64,000 nt of DNA from Omnitrophica WOR_2 bacterium RIFOXYA2_FULL_38_17 (lineage in GTDB: Bacteria > Omnitrophota > Gorgyraeia > Zapsychrales > Zapsychraceae). Shown here piece by piece: positions 39,778 to 47,741 of the stretch (its first letter is position 1; each line of letters starts with the position of its first letter). The position numbers and the translations under genes are program-made. The stretch covers positions 8,826 through 72,825 of the forward strand of contig MHHG01000075.1 of NCBI GenBank assembly GCA_001805965.1. Reading direction: 5' to 3'. The notes under the pieces are model-generated. The model was not told the DNA's origin. It saw nothing but the letters and a program-made list of their open reading frames with translations, and made no database searches.

Positions 39778-40386
39778 ATGAACCAATTTGAAGAAGGTTT
39801 ACTTAAGTATTTATCAGAGGATCAGCTAAAAAAGATCCAGTCAGTAAAAATAGGCATCGGCGGAGCTGGCGGGCTGGGCTCTAATGTGGCTTTGATCTTG
39901 GTAAGAAGCGGCTTTAAGGACCTTGAGATCATTGATTTTGACAACATTGAAGCGTCCAACCTGAACCGTCAAAATTATTATCTTGATGATATCGGCAAGC
40001 CAAAAGCTGAGACGCTTAAAAATTATCTGATGGACATCAACCCCGACGCAAAAATAATCACTCATCATAAAAAATGGGATAAAATTTCGTTAGAAAATAT
40101 TTTCAAGAACCGCCATGTCATTATAGAAGCCTTTGACCATCCTTCCCAAAAAAAGGATTTCGTTGAATATTATCAAGACAAAGCAGACATCTTGATATCC
40201 GGGAACGGAATGGCTGGATTAGATTCAAAACAAGATATCACGACTAAAAGAATTAATAATATTTTTATCGTTGGAGACAATGTAACCGACACTCAAAAAG
40301 GACACCCTCCTATGGCTCCGCGGGTAATAAGCTGTGCGGCAAAGATGGCTGAAATAGCCTTAGACTTGAGCCTGGGCTTTCTTTAG
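39778..40386 (+). CDS. thiF: ThiS adenylyltransferase ThiF (type 2)
   Basis: GIGGAGGLGSN, DFDNIEASNLNRQ, IGKPKA, IEAFD, VGD, MAPRV..CAA. Confidence 0.93.
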   Translation: MNQFEEGLLKYLSEDQLKKIQSVKIGIGGAGGLGSNVALILVRSGFKDLEIIDFDNIEASNLNRQNYYLDDIGKPKAETLKNYLMDINPDAKIITHHKKWDKISLENIFKNRHVIIEAFDHPSQKKDFVEYYQDKADILISGNGMAGLDSKQDITTKRINNIFIVGDNVTDTQKGHPPMAPRVISCAAKMAEIALDLSLGFL

Positions 40387-41103
40387 TAAAGACCTGTTTC
40401 TCATGGAACGGAGCATCTTTATTATTCCCGCCAAAATGCTAAGAGCTATTACAAGCAGAAAATATAAGCTGCTGAACCTGAACGCAACCGGGTTTGAATT
40501 CAAATATTCTGATACAACATCCGGGTTTTTAAATATACTTACTCCAAGCGCCGCTAAAAGAAATTGCAGCCATAAAATACGCAGAAAAGATGGTGCGGAT
40601 ATAGCCAGCAGGTACCTAAATAATGTTATTCTCGATAATCCCGCAATAAGGTCCTGGAACCTAAATGGTATGAGCGGATTGATCCTTAGTACAAAGGCTC
40701 CAAATACCCCTGTGCTTTCTTTTACTCCTTCTATTTTTGCTTTCTTGAGCTTTAATCTTTGCTGAACAAACTCCTGCCCCAATTGCCTGCTTAAGCAGAA
40801 CAAAACAACTGCATTAAGCATCTCGGAGATCCAGACAAGTATTGTGCTGACATAAGCCCCAAAAAGGACTGCGCTTGCAATCCTAAAAACATCTTTTGGC
40901 CCAAACCATATAAAGCTGGTCAAAACAACATATAGAACAACAAAAATAATGCCGGATAAGACTATTGGAAATGAGGCCAAGAACGTGCGCATACTATCAA
41001 TATCAAATTCAAAGATCTTTCCAAAAATAAAACACATAGCCAAAAAGCCAATGAACAATAGAAAGCTTAACGTTTTATTTGAAAGAATCTTTTGAATATT
41101 CAT
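40360..41103 (-). CDS. TVP38/TMEM64 (VTT/DedA) family membrane protein
   Basis: Multi-TM, LFG, F.LSR.LG, LRINPLIPF.....AGLS. Confidence 0.85.
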   Translation of the reverse strand: MNIQKILSNKTLSFLLFIGFLAMCFIFGKIFEFDIDSMRTFLASFPIVLSGIIFVVLYVVLTSFIWFGPKDVFRIASAVLFGAYVSTILVWISEMLNAVVLFCLSRQLGQEFVQQRLKLKKAKIEGVKESTGVFGAFVLRINPLIPFRFQDLIAGLSRITLFRYLLAISAPSFLRILWLQFLLAALGVSIFKNPDVVSEYLNSNPVAFRFSSLYFLLVIALSILAGIIKMLRSMRNRSLLKKAQAQV

Positions 41104-41104
41104 C

Positions 41105-43006
41105 TTAATTTTTCTTAGCCCTGTTTGACTCCAAGTTCATCTTTTTGATATATATCATAAGTATCGATATTGCAGCAGGGGTTACTCCGGATATCCTGTT
41201 TGCCTGGCCTAAATTAAGCGGCCCAAAAGCCTTCAATTTCTGTCTTATCTCTATAGAAATGCTGGGTATTGCATCATAGTTGATATCTTTGGGTATCTTG
41301 ATATGCTCTATATGCTTGAACTTCTCGACATCCTTTAGCTGGCGCGCGATAAATCCTTCGTATTTTATTTCATATTCAATGCTTTCGATCATACTATCTG
41401 TTAGTGCCTCTTTTTTACCGCTGAACAATGATATCATTTTATAATCAACTTCCGGCCTTTTCAAGAGGTCGCTTAAATATGCAGGATATCTCAATAAAGA
41501 ACTGTTTCTCTGTCTTAAAGCTTCATTGATCTCTTCTGAATGGGAAATTTTCGTTGACCTTAAATAATCAAGTTCCTCTTCAATTTCCCTGTATTTCTTG
41601 CAAACTTTATCATAATATTCTTTATCTAAAAGACCAAACTCATACCCGTATTTACACAGCCTTTTATCCGCATTGTCCTCTCTAACGATCAAGCGGTATT
41701 CCACGCGGGAAGTGAACATCCTGTAAGGCTCTTCTGTGCCTTTTGTTACCAGGTCATCGATCAGCACGCCAATATATGATTCATCGCGCCCCAGGATGAA
41801 CGGATCTTTACCCTTAATTTTTAAAGCTGCATTAATGCCTGCGATGATCCCTTGCCCGGCTGCTTCTTCATAACCTGTTGTCCCGTTGACCTGACCAGCC
41901 AAGAATAAGCCTTTAATCCTTTTTGTCTCTAAACTAGGCGTGAGCTCCGTTGGCGGTATAACGCTATGCTCGATTGAGTATCCCGGCAGCAATATCACAG
42001 CCTTTTCTAGGCCCCTTATTGAATTTATCATATAAGCCTGAACATCTGCAGGCAAACCCGTAGAAACACCGTTTGGATAAAAAATATCAGTATCAAGCCC
42101 GTCCGGCTCCAGGAACACTTGATGTGTTTGTTTGTCGGGAAATTTTTTCAGCTTATCTTCTATTGAAGGACAGTATCGTACTCCCGTAGCATTTGTGATC
42201 TGCCCGGAATACATCGGAGAGAGATGCATATTTGCTTTAATGATCTCGTGGGTCTTTTCACTAGTATGAGTGATATAACAGCAAAAGAGCTTTTGGTCTT
42301 CTGGGATCCTGCCTGTTTTAAATGAGAAAGGAACAGGAACTTCATCAGAATGCTGCGGGATCAGCATATCAAAGTTTATTGTTTTGCCGTCAATACGTGG
42401 AGGCGTTCCTGTTTTAAATGTGAGGGTCTTGAACCCCAAGCTCTCTAAGCTTTTAGCCAGCCGAACAGATGCAGGCTCCCCTATTCTGCCGCCTGCAGTT
42501 ATTATAGGGCCGCAATGCATTCTTCCATTTAGAAAAGTCCCGGCGGTTATTATCACTGTCTTAGACTTGATCTTCTTTCCGCCTTCAGTAGCCAGCCCGG
42601 TTATTTCATCATTATCAACTAACAATTCTGCTGCCATGTCTTCAAGGACATCTAGATTTTTTTGCGCCCCCACAACTCTTTGCATGTACTCTTTATAAAG
42701 GACCCTGTCGGACTGGCATCTGGAAGAACGAACAGCCTGACCTTTTGAAGAATTTAGCTGCCTGAATTGAATAGCGGTTTTATCCGCTGCAAGAGCCATT
42801 TCTCCGCCCAATGCATCTATTTCCTTAACTATTTGCCCTTTCCCGACGCCACCTATTGCCGGATTGCAGCTCATTTGACCGATCGTGTCAAAAGACAGAG
42901 TGACCATCAAAGTCTTACAGCCCATACGTGCCGCAGCAAGGGCAGCCTCAACTCCTGCGTGCCCTCCGCCAATAACTATACAATCATAATTTTTTTGTAT
43001 ATCCAT
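41105..43006 (-). CDS. mnmG: tRNA uridine 5-carboxymethylaminomethyl modification enzyme
   Basis: VIGGGHAGVEAA, MSCNPAIGG, KTGTPPR, RYCPSIEDK, GQVNGTTGYEEAA, EPYRMFTSR. Confidence 0.99.
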   Translation of the reverse strand: MDIQKNYDCIVIGGGHAGVEAALAAARMGCKTLMVTLSFDTIGQMSCNPAIGGVGKGQIVKEIDALGGEMALAADKTAIQFRQLNSSKGQAVRSSRCQSDRVLYKEYMQRVVGAQKNLDVLEDMAAELLVDNDEITGLATEGGKKIKSKTVIITAGTFLNGRMHCGPIITAGGRIGEPASVRLAKSLESLGFKTLTFKTGTPPRIDGKTINFDMLIPQHSDEVPVPFSFKTGRIPEDQKLFCCYITHTSEKTHEIIKANMHLSPMYSGQITNATGVRYCPSIEDKLKKFPDKQTHQVFLEPDGLDTDIFYPNGVSTGLPADVQAYMINSIRGLEKAVILLPGYSIEHSVIPPTELTPSLETKRIKGLFLAGQVNGTTGYEEAAGQGIIAGINAALKIKGKDPFILGRDESYIGVLIDDLVTKGTEEPYRMFTSRVEYRLIVREDNADKRLCKYGYEFGLLDKEYYDKVCKKYREIEEELDYLRSTKISHSEEINEALRQRNSSLLRYPAYLSDLLKRPEVDYKMISLFSGKKEALTDSMIESIEYEIKYEGFIARQLKDVEKFKHIEHIKIPKDINYDAIPSISIEIRQKLKAFGPLNLGQANRISGVTPAAISILMIYIKKMNLESNRAKKN

Positions 43007-43106
43007 AATATGCTTTTATACGATCAATGATATAGCCAGTATTATCGTTTATTTTAATAATTGAATGCTATAAAGTAACTTGAAATTAAATTTTTGTCAA
43101 TTACTT

Positions 43107-44111
43107 CTATTGGGGGCAGGGACCACATGATTCGCGTACAACCAATACAGGAGGCAATATTTTCTTGCACTGTATTTTCTGTTTTCCGGACATAATGGAT
43201 TGCAGTACTCGCACCGCTTCTTCAGCCATCTTAAATAGCGGCTGTCTTATTGTTGTAACTGCAATAGCTGAGAACAAGCAAGCAGGATTATCATCAAAAC
43301 CCATAATAGATATCTCTTGGGGCACCTTTACTTCTCTTTCATTCATGACAGATATCATCTCAAGAGCCATGTCATCACTACAGGCAAAAATAGCCGTTGG
43401 ACGGTTCTTTAGCGCAAGGAACTCCTCAGCTGCCAAGCGGGCACATCGTCTTGAAAAATCGCCCTCATAAATATATTCTTTTGGAAGGTCAATATTTTTT
43501 GCTTTTAATACCTTTTTAAAACCTTTTAATCGTTCATAACCTGACTGAGTATTCAAATTGCCTGTTACAATCGCAATTCGTTTATGTTTAAGGCTAACAA
43601 AATAATCCGCAGCGATCTCTCCGCCTAGAACATTATCAACTGCAATATAGTTAACGTCGAGGTCTGCAACTTTATTATTAATGACCATGCAAGGTGTTTG
43701 AGCAGCAACAGCCGCCTCGACTTGCTTTCTGTTCTCGATCACATCAGCAAATATAACGCCTCCAACATTGTTTGTATTAAGAGGATTGAAACCATTGGTT
43801 ATATGAAAAACCATATCAAGCCTCAACGATTCACAGGCATGGCCAATTCCTCTGATCAATTCAATTGCATAATATGAATGAAAGATCCCAGGATACCCTG
43901 GCATAACAAGGCCGATGGAGTTGTTAACACCTCTAGCTAAACGCTGGGCACTAACATTGGGCTTGAATTTAAGGAAAGCAACAGCTTCTTCAACTTTTGC
44001 GCGGTTTTTATCAGAAACGGTAAGAACATTGTTTATAACACGGGATACTGTGGTAATTGACACATTTGCCCGGCGAGCGACATCTTCTATGCTAATTTTT
44101 TTATTATTCAC
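43107..44111 (-). CDS. LacI family transcriptional regulator
   Basis: SIEDVARRANVSITTVSRVIN HTH, PTAIFACSDDMA, GFDD, TTIRQP. Confidence 0.96.
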   Translation of the reverse strand: MNNKKISIEDVARRANVSITTVSRVINNVLTVSDKNRAKVEEAVAFLKFKPNVSAQRLARGVNNSIGLVMPGYPGIFHSYYAIELIRGIGHACESLRLDMVFHITNGFNPLNTNNVGGVIFADVIENRKQVEAAVAAQTPCMVINNKVADLDVNYIAVDNVLGGEIAADYFVSLKHKRIAIVTGNLNTQSGYERLKGFKKVLKAKNIDLPKEYIYEGDFSRRCARLAAEEFLALKNRPTAIFACSDDMALEMISVMNEREVKVPQEISIMGFDDNPACLFSAIAVTTIRQPLFKMAEEAVRVLQSIMSGKQKIQCKKILPPVLVVRESCGPCPQ

Positions 44112-44122
44112 TGTTTTAAGTA

Positions 44123-45469
44123 CTACCTAACAATATCCCCTGCCTTTAGCCTGGACCATTGATCTCTAATATCTGCTGCAGAAATATCATTTCTAACTTG
44201 TATAACTTCTAAACGAGCAATATATTGAGAATCCCTATATACGCTCAGGTTGTCTCCCACATTAATACCAGATCCTTCTCCGATATCAACAATAACGAAA
44301 TTGTTCTCTTCATTGACACTGACGACTCTTCCATCATAACCGGGTGAAGCTTCTTCTGGATTAAAACTAATGCCCGGACCGCCTTCAGCGCTCACAACGA
44401 TTGGAGGAAGCTCGACCTCGCTTGAGGACGTCACTTTATCACTGGTTGATTTAAATGCTTGATCTATGCTCTCTTTGATCTCCCATATCTCATCGATCTT
44501 AGATTGGATAAGGCTATCAGTCTTTCCTAGCTGGCTTTCAATGTTTCTCTTTTCCTGCGTCAATCTAACAATTGTTTTTTCTAAAGCACCCTTTGTTGAC
44601 ACTAATTGGCCCAGCTGCTCACGCAAAGCTGAATTCTCTGTAGTAAGTTTGTCAACCCTATCCGCAACAAACTTCTTATCGTTCTTAGATCTTGCAAGCT
44701 CTAATGAAAGGCTATTAACCAGATTTTCTTTATAAGCAATCTCACGGTCAACTTCTTCTTTCTCATGATTTAATATATCAAGCTTTACTTTCAGCTCATT
44801 ATTCTCTCTTGTAACTTCGACGACCTCAACTGAATGGGAAGAAACTTCATCTTTCAGCTTCTTAAGCGCAATCTCCAATTCAGCTTTATCTCTTAGAACA
44901 GAAGCCCAATATTCTTCATTACCTTCATCCCTAGAAACAACTTTTGTTCTTGTATCATAAGATGGTTGGGGCATTGTAATAGCAGGGACTTTTTTCTCGA
45001 TCTTTTCTGGTTCGGGTAACGGCGATGGTGATGGTTCTGGTTTTGGTTCAGGTGGTCTCTCTTTGTAGATAATTTGTGGCTCTGGCTTTTCTTTAAGCTT
45101 TGCAAGAAGTTTATCTCTTTCGTTCTTCACGCTCTCTATACGCTTTTCCCACTTATCACGATCTTTTGTAACTGTATCAATATCTTTAAGTAATTTCTCG
45201 ACCCTGCTTTCTGCAGCAGTTACTTTCTTTTGATATTCTCTTTTTTGATCATCGGCTATCTTAGCTTGCGTCTCAAGGTCTTTTTTAAGCTTACCACTAA
45301 CTTCCTGAAGATTCTTTTCGCTTTTACTCACCTGTAAAAGCTCTTGTGATAGCTTTTTGTTCTCTTTTGCCAATTTGTCCTTGTCTAAACTGACTTTACC
45401 GGCATATATAACACTGCCTATCAAAAGAAAAACTAAAATAAACAAACTTTGTTTTGCAGCTTTTGACAT
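44123..45469 (-). CDS. Membrane-anchored long coiled-coil protein with Pro-rich hinge and C-terminal beta-barrel (FlgT-C-like)
   Basis: N-terminal TM, heptad-rich segments, PPEPKPEPSPSPLPEP, C-terminal GRVVSVN....FVIVDIG...G...GD.L.VYR. Confidence 0.7.
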   Translation of the reverse strand: MSKAAKQSLFILVFLLIGSVIYAGKVSLDKDKLAKENKKLSQELLQVSKSEKNLQEVSGKLKKDLETQAKIADDQKREYQKKVTAAESRVEKLLKDIDTVTKDRDKWEKRIESVKNERDKLLAKLKEKPEPQIIYKERPPEPKPEPSPSPLPEPEKIEKKVPAITMPQPSYDTRTKVVSRDEGNEEYWASVLRDKAELEIALKKLKDEVSSHSVEVVEVTRENNELKVKLDILNHEKEEVDREIAYKENLVNSLSLELARSKNDKKFVADRVDKLTTENSALREQLGQLVSTKGALEKTIVRLTQEKRNIESQLGKTDSLIQSKIDEIWEIKESIDQAFKSTSDKVTSSSEVELPPIVVSAEGGPGISFNPEEASPGYDGRVVSVNEENNFVIVDIGEGSGINVGDNLSVYRDSQYIARLEVIQVRNDISAADIRDQWSRLKAGDIVR

Positions 45470-45833
45470 CCGATCTCCTTAATATAATAATTAATTATCC
45501 TCAATATAACAAACTATCAATTTCAATACAAGAATAATTCATTTTTTTTTAGCTTTTTTTTTATTCAGAACACACAAAACAACAAAACCTAAACATATCA
45601 TAAAAACATACAAAACAAGGTGTTAAAACAATTTATCCCTCGAGATAACAGGCAAATAATGCTCCCAATAAAATCAAAAATTCTTGTTTAAGAATATTCC
45701 AGTTTTTTTATACCGCAACCATCAATTTATACTTTTAACAAAACACCATTAATACATTTTTAATTTTTTAAATAATGCGTGGGACCAGTGGTTTTATTCC
45801 TTTCTCTAATAGAGACCGAACATTTCTCTAAAC

Positions 45834-45873
45834 AAAAAAACTGCCTAAATAGTAAACACTCTATCCAGACAGC
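45834..45873 (-). terminator. Intrinsic terminator ending the sugar gene run
   Basis: CTGTCTGGATAG-agtgttta-CTATTTAGGCAG-TTTTTTT on the minus strand. Confidence 0.75.
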
Positions 45874-45912
45874 CAACATGTTAACGTATATTACTTCAGG
45901 CGTTACACACAG

Positions 45913-46572
45913 TTATTCAAATTTAATTTCATCTAAATAAAAAATGCATGATTGCGAATTGACATCCGCACTAGTGGTCCAAGAAAATCCGCCGCTAATA
46001 TAGGAAAGGTCTTTGCCTCTTAAATCAACAGTATACTCCTTCCATTCCTTTGTTAAGATAATAGGGCCAATTACTGCAATATCAGAATCAGGATAATTTC
46101 CAGTAATACCACCAATCGTAATTTCCTGTATCTGTTCTCCGCCGTTTTCACCCTTTGCCCAAAAAGACAGCTTCTGCGCTCCTGTTAAATTATATCCGCC
46201 TTTTCTTTGCCCCCAATTGTTTGGCGGATTAAGCCAATATATTCCTGCCCAGTTCTGATCCTCTCTCGAACATTGAACCCCATATACAATCCTCATACAA
46301 GTTCTTTCACTGTAACAATTCTCAGTATAATCATCACTAAAAGCCAAGCATTTTCCATTTGGCATAAAACCTGATGGGACATAATGATTTTCCCGGGATC
46401 CTTTGTTTGAATAAATATAGAAAGGTTTGAAACTATTGTTTTTAACATCAACTGCCTGCTCATCCTGCTTTGCTTCAATTTTACTGGCAGATCTTTCTTT
46501 TAATTGAGCATGTTTTTCACAGCCGAATATAAAAAGCAAGCACACCAATAAAGCCGTTTGCAACACTTTCAT
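45913..46572 (-). CDS. Lipoprotein with putative carbohydrate-binding (galactose-binding-like) domain
   Basis: Lipobox FIFGC, YVPSGFM, WAGIYW..P.NNWG, NLTGA.KLSFWAKG..GGE, LT.EWK.Y.VDL, FYLDEI.F. RBS GGGAGGA. Confidence 0.75.
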   Translation of the reverse strand: MKVLQTALLVCLLFIFGCEKHAQLKERSASKIEAKQDEQAVDVKNNSFKPFYIYSNKGSRENHYVPSGFMPNGKCLAFSDDYTENCYSERTCMRIVYGVQCSREDQNWAGIYWLNPPNNWGQRKGGYNLTGAQKLSFWAKGENGGEQIQEITIGGITGNYPDSDIAVIGPIILTKEWKEYTVDLRGKDLSYISGGFSWTTSADVNSQSCIFYLDEIKFE

Positions 46573-46735
46573 TTGACGCATTCCTCCCTTTGAAAATAAT
46601 TTTCTTTTGATAATTGGATCCAAGACAAATTGCTTATTATTATACAAAAAAGAAATCCCTGTTCTAATGCCTATTTTTATAGTCATTAGAACAGGGAATA
46701 GACAAAATATCAAGCACAACTATTAAAAAAATATT

Positions 46736-47587
46736 TTATCCCATTTCATCTAAAGCTTGCTGAGCGGCTTCTGCTGGCTTCCAAAACCATCCTTGGGGAT
46801 CCCAACACTGTGAATAAAAATATTTATCAATTAATTCTTTATAGACTTTTTTTGCTTCATCTACCTTTCCAGCTTTCTTTAAAGCTTCTGCTTTAATAAA
46901 AAGTGAAGTTCCCACATCATTAAGAGCCCAATAATTAAAGATCTGTTCTCTTGATTGCCAAGGATATTCAGTTAATGAATCTTGCATAGTTCTCGCTTTT
47001 TCACCATAAAGCTCAACTACTTTGTCTGTATAAAGAGATATTGTTGCAACGTCTCCATCTGGCAATGCCCTCCAAGCTTGTCCGGTAATAAAAGCTGACG
47101 AGTAATCACCAAAATCGATTACTGAGCCAGAATCTATCATCGCCAACTTTTCTTTTGCAGCTTCTGCAGGCTTCCAAAACCATCCGTTAGTATCCCAAGC
47201 CTGTCCATAAGTAAATTCTGTCATCAACTTTTTGTAAACAGCTTTCGCCTCTTCCTTCATATCAGCTCTGCGATATGCTTCGCCCTGAATGAACAATGAT
47301 GTTGCAACATCATTCAATGCCCAATAAGAAAAGATCTCATCTTGTTTGCCTTGCGGATAATCAGTAAGTTCGCTTTGCATTTTAATGGCTTGTTCAGCAT
47401 AAAGCTCTAAGCACTTATTAGTGTAAGCTAGAACCGCTTCAGTATCTTTCTGATTAAGAGCTTCCCATGCTTTTGTTGTTAAAGTAACTGACCTAAAATC
47501 ACCAAAATTATAGGCCATCGCTGCTTTTGGAGAAACAAAACCAAAAGATGCCATTAACAACAGCGTTACAATAAAAATTTTCTTCAT
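46736..47587 (-). CDS. Secreted protein with two copies of a Trp-rich helical (TPR-like) repeat
   Basis: Signal peptide, then two ~125-aa repeats each containing AW.AL, YWALNDV.TSLFI, WD..GWFWKPAEAA. AGGAGGAG RBS. Confidence 0.85.
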   Translation of the reverse strand: MKKIFIVTLLLMASFGFVSPKAAMAYNFGDFRSVTLTTKAWEALNQKDTEAVLAYTNKCLELYAEQAIKMQSELTDYPQGKQDEIFSYWALNDVATSLFIQGEAYRRADMKEEAKAVYKKLMTEFTYGQAWDTNGWFWKPAEAAKEKLAMIDSGSVIDFGDYSSAFITGQAWRALPDGDVATISLYTDKVVELYGEKARTMQDSLTEYPWQSREQIFNYWALNDVGTSLFIKAEALKKAGKVDEAKKVYKELIDKYFYSQCWDPQGWFWKPAEAAQQALDEMG

Positions 47588-47646
47588 TCCTTCTCCTCCT
47601 TTTATACTTTTTTATGATTTAATAACTATTTAGAAATGTGTATTAA

Positions 47647-47675
47647 AGTATACAACATTTTTTTAATTCTGCCAA
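47647..47675 (-). promoter_or_regulatory. Sigma70 promoter for the repeat-protein gene
   Basis: TTGGCA-17 nt-TATACT. Confidence 0.6.
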
Positions 47676-47741
47676 TTAATCTCAAAAACCATTTTTTTTG
47701 TAGGGTGCTTATAAAGGGCTTTTGCTGCCACCAAGGTCTTA

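Noticed and set aside
45470-45830. Long AT-rich spacer as a hidden gene or riboswitch
   Set aside because: Only very short ORFs, and no recognisable riboswitch core or stable long stem by eye. Likely promoter region.
46573-46719. N-terminal extension of the 45913 ORF given by the track
   Set aside because: The RBS and lipoprotein signal begin at ATG 46572, so the upstream part is intergenic.
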